From Paraspadella gotoi (taxonomy: Eukaryota; Animalia; Chaetognatha), in assembly GCA_051294375.1 (NCBI GenBank), contig CM119271.1, forward strand, positions 7,430,162-7,494,161: a stretch of 64,000 nucleotides of DNA. Reading direction: 5' to 3'. Positions 1 to 11,370 of the stretch are shown piece by piece. The position numbers were made by a program, and so were the translations under genes. The notes beneath the pieces are model-generated. The model was not told the DNA's origin. It searched no databases and was given only the letters and a program-made list of their open reading frames with translations. Every line of letters starts with the position of its first letter. Position 1 is the first letter of the stretch.

Positions 1-299
1 ATATTATTATTTTATTTATAATTTAAAAAATATTCATCAGAATTATTACTATATCCACTATCCAGCCTCCATTTCCGATCAGCACAAACAAGTGAAAAAA
101 TCTATTTCACCGCAGCGAAATCTCTTGGCCAAAAAAAAAAGCTAAAAAAAAGAGCGAGGGGAAAAAATCTTTTAAAAAACAACGAAAAATAAAAAAAGAA
201 AGAAACAAGAACGGTGATTCCAATGTGTTGCGCCGCAGTGACTTTATTTTCCCGTGTATTTCATTTTGTTAACATGATATTAGATGATATAACATGACT

Positions 300-439
300 A
301 AAAAACTTTCGTAGCCCTTGTATTTATGACATGGCACCGCATCGAAATCCGTCTTTTATTCCTTATAGACATACCGACCGACAGAGAGACCGACAGACCG
401 ACCGAAAAGTGACTTATAGAGTTGTTCAGCAACTAAAAA
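300..439 (+). mobile_element. 3' end fragment of a DINE-1/Helentron-like non-autonomous element
   Basis: (GACC/GACA)-type tetranucleotide tract (accgaccgacag...cgacagaccgaccg) followed by gtgacttatag, a short hairpin AGTTG-ttcag-CAACT (420-434) and an A-run; this microsatellite + terminal stem-loop layout is that of DINE-1/HINE elements. Family assignment is inference. Confidence 0.45.
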
Positions 440-934
440 TAAAAGGGAATCGCCGGCGGTCGGCCTCTAATTCTGGGAGAATAAACGCGCCTCGTTGAGT
501 TTATGGTGTTGAACTCGCATCGGTCGTCGTCGATCGAATCCTTCAGATGTCTCTGCGTTCGTGCGTGAACCCTGATTCAACTGAGATTGTAGTTGATTAT
601 TTATTGATTTGATTTATTTATTATTATTTATTTATTTATTGTTATTATTTATTTATTTATGGTTATTTTTTTTTTTTTGTTTTTTTTTTTTTTTTTTTTT
701 TTTAAATTGTATTCGCTAATTTATAGATAGAATTTCTTTTGGGAGTGCTTCAGTGTGGAAGGAGAGATGCGTTTAACGTGAGTAATAGATGGCGAGAGGA
801 CTGTAGAGATGACTACAGTCGGAGCGTGTGTGGGACACGGTGTACCTTATCTCTTGTCACATATGTAGTATCACACAGTACGCAGTGAGCGAGCGGTCGG
901 ATGATGGCATATCATGCGAACACGCAGAGATGTG

Positions 935-3900
935 TCTGTTTATTCTGATCATTTCTGCTTCTTAGAGCGTCTCGTCCTGTAGGCCGTCGGAACTGGGTTG
1001 TCGCAGGTATTCCGCGCAGCGGAGGAAACCGACCGAGCAGTTCTAGGTTTTCACAGGACTATACAAGGGTTATGAGCTAGTGTGTATGTGGATTTCAGCG
1101 ATCAGAGGATGATGTATGTATTCTGTAACTGGGGGTCGTATAGTAGTAGTATTGTGACAGTTAACGGCAGTGTCTCACACGTAAAGAAGATGACGAGTAT
1201 AAGAATTATTGTATTGAGTCTTATTTTCTACCTCACTTATAAGTGTTCCTAGTGCTCTTTTTTTCTTTCTTCATTTTCTTTGGGTTCTTTCTTTTCATTA
1301 TTCCTTTCTGCTCAACCCAGTTTGACTTTTGTTGTATTTCTCCGGCTCATTCTCCCTCCCCCTTCCGGGCCTCGTTTCTTACTCTATCTCGCGGGCAGCT
1401 CCCCAGGGGTCCGGGGTTTTTTTTGCCTTTCGATGGATGCGATTCATGCTCTTTTGCTTCCAATGTTTTCCCCTCTGACTGTTTTTATTTGCTTCTCGCG
1501 ATGATTGCTACTGTTCTTTCCAATTGTCTCTTCTTTTCTTCGTCTGTTTTTGGTTCCTCTCTTCGGTCGCTCTCGTCTCATCTCGTCTTCTCTCTCTTCT
1601 CGTTCTCTTCTCTGCTCTTCTCCTCTCTCTCTGTCTCTCTCTCTCGTCTCTCTCTCTATGCCGCTCTCACATCTCAATGAAGAAAGGATTGATTGAAGAA
1701 GCAATAAAGTTTTAGATGAAAAAAAAATTATCGAAGGCCAAAAGGAAATTTGTAGGGAGGGGGAGAAAAAATGGGAAGAAGAGTGGCGAATTAAGAAAAG
1801 AAAGGATAAAGAAAAGGAAAAAAAGAAGAAAGGTGGAAAAGAAAAGAGTGGGCGAGAAAAGAAAAGGGGAAGCAGCGCGGGTGAAGAAAGTGCGATCGAA
1901 CTGCCGGTGCGGATTGCTGAGGAAGAACGGGGTGCGATTGCTGTGAGAAGAGAAGCGGGGTGCGATTTGGTCTTGAGATAGAACGGAGGCGATGGCTGAA
2001 AGAGATCGGGTGCGATGTGGCTGAGAAGTGAAACGGGTGCGATTGAGGTGAGAAGGAAACGGGTTGTGCGATTGGCTGAGAAGAATCGGTGCGATTGTGG
2101 TGAGAAGTAAACTGGGTGCGATGTTGCTGAGGAAGTCAAACGGGTGCATTGGGGCTGAGAAGAAGAGCGGGTGAAGAACAAGGGCAAAAATATGATGGAA
2201 AGAGTAGATATTTTGACTTTTCCGCTTTTTTAAAGATATCTTGGAAGATGTTTTGATATTGCGTAATAATAGTTGAGTGGTTAAGTGTAGGAATGGCATA
2301 AGTGAATTATTGTACGAATTTCGGAGTTTAGATGGGGTGAATTGTGGGTGAAGATTTCATTACGAGTCAACGATTGCCGCATGAATGTTCGTGTTGCGAG
2401 CGTAGTGGGTCTGGTGAGTAAGCAAGAAGTGCAGCAGTCGTCTATTGGTTAGTGGCTTTTACATCAGTTGGACGGGCGCTGGAGGTTTGAACCTGGGCTA
2501 ATGTTGCTCGACAGTATATATCATACTTATATCAAAGGAGGGAAGGTTTTACATGTCTAACGGATTCAGCGTGTAATCCCAGAGCTTGTTCTAGAACTTT
2601 AAATAATTATAAATATAAATATGACAAGGTTTTAATCGTCTTTGAACAAATCTTGCTGGCAGCGCTCTTGATCCCTGACTTAGTGGCTAGAGCAGAATGA
2701 ACATAGCTGCTGGTGACTCTGTGATGCATATAACCTCTGGCCAATTGAAGGGAGGAGTGCATTGAGGACAAACGGCATCTTGCAGCGAATGTAAGGGGTG
2801 CATGACTTGCCTGTCGATAACGATGACGGACGTATTTGATTCGTGAAAATGATCTTCAAAAGTAATATTTGTNNNNNNNNNNNNNNNNNNNNNNNNNTTG
2901 TTTTTGATCACTGTATTTATATAGTTGCCTCGGTTTCCTAGCAACGTACTTCCCCATCCGTGTTTACTGATTCATTGCTTCGAACTGTCTCGTTCCTCCG
3001 TCGAAATCTGTTCGCAACTTTCCCCCCCCCCCTGATTCATTTTCTGGATCTAATTTGCTGGCATCTATTTTTCACCGAATCTGCTCGTATCTGTAAACTG
3101 GGGTTTAATTAGTTTGTACAGTTAACCAGTGTCTCACACTAAGACGTATTTATTGATTTATTTTCTACCACCTTTAAGGTTCTATCTTTTTTTTTCTTTC
3201 TTCATTTTCTTGTTCTTTTCTTTTGACGATTTATTCCTTTCTCTCCGCCCCCAGTCTTGATCGTTTTGTTTATTTCTCCGTCATTCCCTCCCCCCCCTTC
3301 GGCGCCTCTTTGCCTTATCTCTCTGCTCGGCGGGCAGCTCCCCAGCGGGCCGTGGGTTTTTTTTCTTCGATGGATGCCGATTCATGCTCTTTCTCTTCCA
3401 ATGTTTTCCCCTCTGACTGTTTTATTGCTTCTCGCGATATTCTTACTCTAGTTTCTTTCAATTTCTCATTCTTTCCGTTCTGTTTTTTTCTCTCCTCCTC
3501 TCTCGTCTCTCTCTCTCTCTCTTCTCTCTTCTACCTCTGTCTCTCTCTCTCTCTCTCTCCTCTTCTCTCTTCTCTCTACGCTTCCTCTTGCCAGCTGCGT
3601 AAATCCTCTCACACTCAATGAAGAAAGGATATGAAGAAGCAATAAAGTTAGAGAAAAAAAATATCGAAGGCCAAAGAAAATTTGTGGAGGGGAAAAAAAA
3701 GGGAAGAAGAGGGCGAATTAAAAAAAGAAAGGAAAAGAAAAGGAAAAGAGAGAGAGAAAAAAAAGGGAAAATGAAAAGATGGGGAGAAAAAAAAGGGAAG
3801 CCAAGCGCGGGTGAGAAAATGCCAAGAAATGGCTGAGAAGAAACGGGTGAAGAAAAGGGCAAAAAAAATGACTGGAAAAGAGTAGATTTTGACTTTTTCC

Positions 3901-4492
3901 CCTTTTTTAAAGATATTCTTGAGATATTTTGATATTCGTAAATATTAGCTGTTTAATGTGAGGAATGGCATAATTAATTATTGTACGAATCGAGGTTAAG
4001 GGGTGAAGTGGGTTGAAGATCTGCATTACATCACGATTCCCGAAGTTCGTTGGCGAGCTACTGGGCTGTGAGTAAAAGAAGTCAGCAGTCGTCATTGGCT
4101 TATGGCTTTCACTCAGTGAGCCTGGGGTTGAACCTGGGCAATGCTTGCGACAGTATAATCAATACTTATATCAAAGAGGGAGGTTTTACATGTCCCTAAG
4201 CATTCAGCGTGTCAATCCCCAGAGCTTGTTCTAGAACTTTATATAATATAAATATAAATATGACAGGTTTTAATCGGTCCTTGAAAAAAATCTTGCTGCA
4301 GCGCTCGATCCCGGACTAGTTGCTAGAGCAGAATGACACAATACTCCGTGACTTTGTGATGCATATAACCTCTGGCAATGAAGGAGGAGTCATCAGACAA
4401 ACGCAATCTTGCCAGCGAATGTAAGGGTCATGATTCTTGCCTCATAAACGATGACGGACGATTTACTTTCTGAAAAATCTCAAAAGTAAAAT
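935..4492 (+). repeat. Direct duplication across a 25-N gap: ~935-2872 (very noisy) vs ~2960-4492; probable gap-filling artefact
   Basis: Shared anchors such as cagtgtctcacac, ttccaatgttttcccctctgactgtttt, agagcttgttctagaacttt, gtgatgcatataacctctgg in the same order either side of N 2873-2897; left copy differs by dense small insertions. Confidence 0.9.
1895..2175 (+). repeat. ~25-bp minisatellite (consensus near ATGGCTGAGAAGAAACGGGTGCG), about 10-11 noisy units
   Basis: Recurrent cgggtgcgat...ctgagaag motif; the matching position in the second copy (3828-3850) has a single unit. Confidence 0.7.
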
Positions 4493-4819
4493 TTATTCAG
4501 CGACGGAAAGAAAAAAAAAGATGGAGTGAAAAAGAGCGACGAACCGAAAAAAAAATGAAGCGACTGATTCGGAGTCTTTATTTTTTTTGTCGGCTGCCGA
4601 CAGGCCGACAGGAAGGCCGACAGGCCGACACTTCTGAGGATAAAACTTGTAAGAGAAATTTGGAAGAAATTTTTTTTTTCTGTTTTTGTTTGTTGTTCAT
4701 CCATTATTTTGTATTTTCAATAAAGCAAGAAGGAGCAAGTGAAATCGTCAGGACGGAGAGGGGGGTAATAAATTTGAAAGAGAATTGGCGAGAAAGAGAG
4801 ACGAGAGACCGAGAAGGAG

Positions 4820-4861
<42 letters not shown>

Positions 4862-4944
4862 CAGACTCTGGAAGGCAAAGAGAGTTAAAGATTTGGACGA
4901 GACTGCAGTCGAGAGATTGGGCTGCCGATGGAACGAGACGAATG

Positions 4945-5297
4945 ATGAAAAACGAGAGAAGATGAATGAGGAAACAAATGAGGAAACAAATGAGGAGGGA
5001 GAGGAGAATGAGGAAACAAATGAAGAGCAAGAGGAGATTGAAGAAACAACTGAGGTGTTAAATGATGAGCGAGAGGAGAATGAGAAAACAAATGAGGAGA
5101 TAAATGAAGAGCGAGAGGAGAATCAGGAAATGATTAAGGGGACAAAAGAGGAGCAATAAGAGAACGAAGAAACAAATTAGGATTGAAAGGAAAATGAGGA
5201 AACAGATAAAGAAACAAATGAGGATAGAAAGGGGAATCAGGAAACATATGAGGCAATTAATGAGATGAGAGAAGAAAATGAGGAAAAAAGTAATTAA
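4945..5297 (+). repeat. Degenerate purine-rich minisatellite built from 12- and 30-bp units (AATGAGGAAACA / GAGAATGAGGAAACAAATGAGGAGCGAGAG)
   Basis: Repeated aatgaggaaacaaatga motif; one frame reads NEETNEE...REENE throughout, with in-frame stops after 5156. Confidence 0.75.
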
Positions 5298-5956
5298 AAT
5301 GACATAGAACGATGAATGTAATAAAAGACACATAAAACATGAATTTTTAGGATATTAAAAAAAAACAAAAGAAAAGAGATGCAAAAGATTCACCAAGAAA
5401 ATAAAACAAAAAAACCATTCGGTCCTCATCACGCGATTCACTTTCTTTCTTTTTCTTTTCGCTCACAATAACATCAAATCACGCGACAGCAATTATGACG
5501 AAAGATGCAGAGACGAACTCGCAAAATCGATCACATTTTTCTTATGTTTACTTTTTTTTATTTTTTTTTTCTCGACGCGACTCATTATGAGATCTTTTGG
5601 TGACCGACGACGAAACCGCCTTCTTTTGGAGAGGCAATGACAAGGGCTGCATCCAGCTAATTATCTAACGTTAATAGTCATGAGAATAATAAAGTTTAAT
5701 AGAGTTTCATAAAGTTTAATGTGAATTGATGGAAAATCAACAACAAAAATAGGGGTTTTCGCCAAAGATAAGTACCCAAAACGAGGGATATTTGTTTCAA
5801 ATCTTGACAACCTTAAATAAACCTTTTGTCACAACGAGACGTGATGATTTTTGTTTTAAAACAATAATAAAAAACTTTTCTAATCAAAACTGAAAGGAAA
5901 AAGAGTCGTTTGCTCTGTAGGCTGTTGAAGAGGGTAACTTTCATCCTGTTTTAGAC

Positions 5957-6277
5957 TCAACTGTTGCTGAAGCAAAATTTGCTTCGACTCTCATCTCGTT
6001 GCTCTCTCATCTTTTGCGGTAGCAATCGCAGAAGTTGCTGCCAGTGATTCGCCTTTTTGCTGCACCAATCACCTGTTTTTTTTTTTTCATCCTCTACTGA
6101 GGCGGCTAGTTGTTTACAACATGTTGTTGTTACCATCTGATGCTGCGGCAGGGAATCATGCTGTCCGTTTTCTTTCCCTGTTGCCATTGATCGAAAACGT
6201 TTTCTGGCTTCTGGTTCTAAAGCAGAAGCTGCAATGGCTGTTGAATCGGCGGCGGCGTCATGTGCTTTTTCGTCCAT
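5957..6277 (-). other. Short unique-sequence ORF (106 aa), possible exon or pseudogene fragment of unknown function
   Basis: ATG-initiated, non-microsatellite, protein-like composition (MDEKAHDAAADSTAIAASALEPEARKRFRS...); CpG-rich patch lies upstream at 6700-6890. No recognisable domain. Confidence 0.2.
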
Positions 6278-6559
6278 TTATGAAAAGGTCTTTGAGTGAC
6301 TAACTATTGTGATTGAGAGAACTAATTTCGGCTTTTTTATTTTTTTTATTCCGTTAAATGTGAGCTCATATTTAGTTGGAGTGTCTTTTTGTTTCTGAGA
6401 TAGTGATGGCTTTATGTTTTTTCTTATTTCTTTCTTTCTTCCTTTCTTTTTTACCATCTCTTAATCTTTTTCTTTCTCCTCTCTTTCGCCGTTCCTGCTC
6501 CCCTCTCGTCTTTCCCTCTCTACCGCATTTTTTCCTCCCTATTCTTTTTCCTTTTCTTT

Positions 6560-6662
6560 TCCTTTTTCCTTTCCTTTCCTTTCCTTTCCTTTCCTTTCCT
6601 TTCCTTTCCTTTCCTTTCCTTTCCTTTCCTTTCCTTTCCTTTCCTTTCCTTTCCTTTCCTTT
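6560..6662 (+). repeat. (TTTCC)n pentanucleotide microsatellite
   Basis: Near-perfect ttcctttcct run of about 100 bp. Confidence 0.97.
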
Positions 6663-6699
6663 CTCCCTCTTCCCACCAGCGCTGCTCTTTTGTTATCCG

Positions 6700-6890
6700 T
6701 TTTCCTCCCGGGGTCAAAGGCTCCGGCGACGCCATCTCGCGTCGACGTTTGGAGGCCGAGGTTCGACCACTCGGCGCGCGCGACACGTTTCTCCATCGAC
6801 GCGTGCGTGCGTTCGGTCGTGCGGACAGAGGCGCGTGCGCATTGCGTGCGAATAGATAGAGTGCGCGGTCGCGAGCGAAAGCAGCGGGAA
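6700..6890. promoter_or_regulatory. CpG-rich patch, possible promoter
   Basis: Abrupt GC/CpG-dense island (cgcgcg, gcgcgtgcgcattgcgtgcg NRF1-like, cgccatct YY1-like) between AT-rich flanks. Function is inference. Confidence 0.3.
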
Positions 6891-7815
6891 AATATGAAAA
6901 CAATCCGGGTTTTGTTATACAACATTAGCAAAAGTAAACAAAACTTTTCTTCTTTGCGATTCACTCAGAGACAATAATATGTGTATGAAACTTTAATATT
7001 ATTTAATTTTTTAATTTAGAGAAAAATTTAGTTCCTTTAGATTTTTACCATAATATTGTTGAAAAAGTCACTCGGCATTAGACAATAGACAAGGCAATCC
7101 TAAAAATTGGAAGAGAATAATCGTCAGGAAATTTTCTGCCTGGATAAAAAAGTTCATCAGGCCTAAAATCTGAGAACTTGTTACCTTAATTGTTTATTTA
7201 TTGTCGTATTGTCAAAAAGAAACTAAACTAGCGAGCATCCAACCCGCGCCAGTTCCGACATGCTGAAATTATACCACCCCATCGACAACCTTCCCCCACT
7301 TGCTACCCCTACTCTCCCCGACTTCGTTTTCATTCCACCCTCCTCATATTCGACCATAAAATTTCAATGAAACTTCGTTCGTCGTCGTCGTCGTCGTCGG
7401 GCGCCAAATTATTTTCGCGTTCATTTAACCCGCGGGCGGCGGACCGGGCACGGTGGCAGACCGTGCATGGCGGCGGACTCAGCATGCGGGCGGACAAGGC
7501 ATGTTGGCGTACCAGTGATAGCACCGTTCCGGGCATGGTAGCATCCAGCTGAATCGGACAAGTCTCGCGACCGACTGTTGGAAAAAAACAGGATCTCGCA
7601 GGGAACTTTAACCGGAACTGGAACCGGAACTGGAACCGGACGTGAGTGCAAACCGGACGAAGAGTTGGGCGTCGACACCACAACCGGGTGCGTGGAGGGA
7701 GGAGGAGGAGGAGGAGGAGGAGGACGACGACGACGACGACGACGAAGCCGAGGACAAAACCAACGAGCGATTATTCATGAAAATGTCGGAGCTTGAATTT
7801 TCGATGAAGGACATT

Positions 7816-7817
<2 letters not shown>

Positions 7818-7909
<92 letters not shown>
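7818..7909 (+). repeat. (GA)n microsatellite; comparable perfect tracts at 12097-12224, 29869-29994, 36274-36388, 37291-37403, 38749-38801, 47465-47562, 48592-48688 and many shorter ones
   Basis: Directly visible perfect dinucleotide runs. Confidence 0.99.
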
Positions 7910-7911
<2 letters not shown>

Positions 7912-8108
7912 CCGTGGATGAGTTCATAAAAGGGAAGAACGACTACGGCGATGAAGAAGAAGCAGCACAACGAAGATGGTGAGCGTCAAAAAAAATTGAT
8001 GATACTAAAAAGCCAATCGGGGGAAAAAAACTCCACAACCCGGATCACTTAGGCAAATTCTTTTTTTTTTAATCATCCAGTTTCATAAAACGTAGCATTC
8101 TCTTTTTA

Positions 8109-8148
8109 TCATTCATTCATTCATTCATTCATTCATTCATTCATTCAT
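8109..8148 (+). repeat. (ATTC)n microsatellite
   Basis: About 10 perfect units. Confidence 0.95.
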
Positions 8149-8542
8149 TAATTTTATAATTCATTCTTGTCTCTGACTGTCCAAAGTCCGGGAACCAGAT
8201 AGCTGTGTTTTTTAATGAATGGATAATTTTTATATTGAACGTATCAATTTCATTCGTCTAATACTAATTTAAAATTCGGTTGAATGAAGACTTTTAGTTT
8301 TTTTCTATATGAATATATTAATTATGTTAAAATTTCGAGAAAGATTTAACAAATTGTAATGATTCAAAAATAAACAAACTTATTCTTATTCAGGGACTTT
8401 TAAAGAATTGCCCGTGAGACTATAATACCTATATTTTCTAATAATTAGTTTTTAAAAAAATACTATTTTGATTTTACAAATGTATTAGAGATATTAAACA
8501 AAGACGGCAAAAAACATTTTGTTCCAAATAGCAAATTAGGCA

Positions 8543-8591
8543 GAAATTTGCAATGAAATTTGCAATGAAATTTGCAATGAAATTTGCAATG
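8543..8591 (+). repeat. 12-bp tandem repeat GAAATTTGCAAT x4
   Basis: gaaatttgcaat repeated four times. Confidence 0.95.
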
Positions 8592-8891
8592 GTCTGCAAA
8601 AGTCCCGGCCGATTTCTCGACAGCCTCGATCGCCTTAACGACAGAAACAATAAAAATGAATAATTATAATGAAAAGGAATGTGAATTTAGGACAAATTAA
8701 TCAATAATCATAAAAGAATTACAGAAAATAACAAAAATAACAAATTTGCAACGGAGAAATTCAGATGAGTAACTTTCGGAGCATTTCAATGAAGATGGAG
8801 TTCCTCGATTTCATTTGCAACATTTGCGACGGATTATATTCTATTATTTATTCATATCTGTTTATTTAGTTTTCTTACCAGTCATGTTTTA

Positions 8892-9825
8892 TACCCCGTG
8901 AGCCAAATCCGATGATGCAAAAGAAAAATTAAGTATATGTAAACTATACGCCAATGAGAAAAATTTCTAACACCAATTGAAAAAAAAAATCATTGACGTT
9001 TTTAAAAAGTTCAAAACAATGCTTAAAAACGCTTTAAAACATTCTCAAAATGCTATCCAAACCAGTTCAAAAAACTCGGCATCGCTCGAAAAAATTCTTC
9101 TTCATGGAGCAAAAAAACCTTGTCCAAAAGCAGCTCTAATTTTTACCATTACAAGTTTGAATGCTCATAACAATTTGGTTTCTGCTTACAAACCTTTCTA
9201 GTTCTAAATCACCACAAGAAAAAAATAAGATTTTTCCACTTTGGAACCTCAGGATAGCTTAGGAATATCCTCTCTTCTCCAACTGATTTTTCTTGAAAAA
9301 TTTAGGTAAATAAACAGCAGCGGATGCCGTGATTCACTGGTCGCTATATCGGGCTTAAACTATCAATTTTTTTAAATTGTCTTGCCATAAGCCACTCCTC
9401 TTTCTTTTTTTCAATATAGGCAGTGAATAGACATCTTTGTCTTGCCAATAATCTTTTGTCACAAAAAATCAGTCTTGGAAATTGCTTAGTCAGCCAGCTA
9501 GAATTATTTGAATAAAGGCTGGAGCATCATTCTCCCAGGAACCAAAACGTTAATGGACTTAATAGTGGGCAAAAAAATACCAATATATCTGTAACAGTGC
9601 CTTAAAAATGTAATACAAAATTGTTCATTGCACTCGATTTTTAACAAATATGATTTGCGACATTTGACGATTTTGAGAAAATAGATTTGAAGTTGTTAAT
9701 GATAATTGATTAAAATAAAATTTATACACAAAAAAACATCAAGTAGTTATTTATCATTTAAAAAAAATCTGAATAAGTCTATCTCAACTCAGTAAAGTAC
9801 GGCAGTGGTTTTGGCTCACGGGGTA
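8892..9825. mobile_element. Putative non-autonomous DNA transposon (MITE-like), TA-flanked, ~930 bp
   Basis: Perfect 17-bp inverted repeat ATACCCCGTGAGCCAAA (8891-8907) / TTTGGCTCACGGGGTAT (9810-9826), parsable as TA + 14-bp TIR; AT-rich non-coding interior. Confidence 0.5.
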
Positions 9826-10281
9826 TTAGACCAACTGTCAAAAAATGGTTCAATTGGTATTTTTTGACTTAGTTACGCGTTATTGATTTTTGACACTTGA
9901 ATACGCGGTGGTTTTTCGTTTTGAAATACAGTAATAATTTTTTTAAAACAAAAACTTTTTTTTAAATAAAAACAGGTCATATAAGAAAGCGGTGACAACT
10001 TCTCTTCGGCATCCTCTAATGACCCGGCATTGACTAGTAACTACTGCATCCGTGACTGAGATATTTGACTCGGAGACGTTGTCGCTTCCTCAGCCCAATT
10101 TGCCCGCCTCAGTGGCATTTCCGTTATTTCTGCGGTTCGGCCGCGGAGGCGGCGGAGGCGGCGGCGGCGGCGGCGGTGGCGGCGGTGGCGGCGGCATCGG
10201 AGCCGTCGAGGGGCGGTCGAGAAATCGGCGGCGTTCCCACTTAAGATAATTCGCAGGGCGGCGTTGGGGGGGGCCATCTTT

Positions 10282-11370
10282 TTATCCGCCATCGGGAGAG
10301 AGACCCAGAATCTCGAGTATTTGAGACGGCTCCTCTATCATAGGTGGATGAAAGATCGGGGCTGAGACTTCGTTTGGCGTTCCTCGTCCGAAGATCATCG
10401 CCAATTCATCGATCGCTCTCAAAATATCGGGGGGGAGTTCCGATGTTTCTTCGTTATTAACGGCAGCCGTTGCGGCTGCGGCTGAAGATGTGGCGGCGGC
10501 GGCGTCGGCGGCGGCGGAACCAGAGGCTGCTGCATCGGCGGCTGCACTGCCCGGTTCGCCGCCGGCTGTAGCAGCGGCAAAATCGGCGGCGGCGGTTTCT
10601 TCCTCGAACAACTCGAGAATATTCTGAAGATCCGCGTCGATGGCCGATTTCATCGCCGCTCGAACCTTCGGAAGATTCAAGTCGACGTCCGCGACCTGTT
10701 CCGGCGACGAGGTCGCCTCCGTGGGAATCATCTCGTCGATGTCAGTCAAGGAGATCGAAGGCAAAGCTGCGTCGTGGTCGGAGATGAGCGCGTTCAGGTC
10801 TAAGTCCGACGAGGGATCGAAGTCGATGACGGGATAAGGTTGAGAAGAAGCCGGACGCAGTTGAAGAGAGTTTTTCGTTTGCCGCGGTTTGCTTTTGGAG
10901 CGATCGTCGATGTTTCCCGATGCAGCGGAGGTGGCTGCGGCGACAGCGGCCGGAGCGGCGGAGCGCCATTTCGCCGTCGCCGGAATCGAAGCAATGGCGG
11001 CGGACGTCGTCCTTGAGGCCTTATTGCGCGAAGATTTTCGCTTTCCGACTTTGTTGTCGCTGTTGTTTTTGTTCTTGTTCTTGTCTCTAACGATGTCACT
11101 CTTTCTGTGGTCGTTAGTATTTCTGTTGTTGCTCGTGTTGTTGTTGTTCTTTTGCCAGTAACGAACCGTATTTTCGTTCATTCGATGCAGCCGGACGACA
11201 GCAGAGCGGTTCCCGAGAATCTTCGCAGCCTTGGTGGCTTCGGCTTCGGCCTCGGCGGCGGGGTTTGGAGAGACGGTAGAAGTCGAGGAACTCCCGTGCG
11301 AATTAGAGCGCGGGAGATTAAACATGACGTTCCAGATGGATGGATGGAGGCATTCATTGGTACGCGTCAT
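10282..11370 (-). CDS. Hypothetical ~362-aa intrinsically disordered protein (Asn/Lys-rich basic N-half, Ala-rich linkers, acidic amphipathic C-half)
   Basis: Longest ORF in the window (419 codons open to 11541), GC-rich, not microsatellite-derived; first ATG (11370) follows an A-rich leader with context cacaATG. No domain recognised. Confidence 0.55.
   Translation of the reverse strand: MTRTNECLHPSIWNVMFNLPRSNSHGSSSTSTVSPNPAAEAEAEATKAAKILGNRSAVVRLHRMNENTVRYWQKNNNNTSNNRNTNDHRKSDIVRDKNKNKNNSDNKVGKRKSSRNKASRTTSAAIASIPATAKWRSAAPAAVAAATSAASGNIDDRSKSKPRQTKNSLQLRPASSQPYPVIDFDPSSDLDLNALISDHDAALPSISLTDIDEMIPTEATSSPEQVADVDLNLPKVRAAMKSAIDADLQNILELFEEETAAADFAAATAGGEPGSAAADAAASGSAAADAAAATSSAAAATAAVNNEETSELPPDILRAIDELAMIFGRGTPNEVSAPIFHPPMIEEPSQILEILGLSPDGG

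Noticed and set aside
1444-2187. 247-aa ORF with repeated IAP motifs
   Set aside because: Translation of a noisy minisatellite in an error-rich copy; absent from the second copy.
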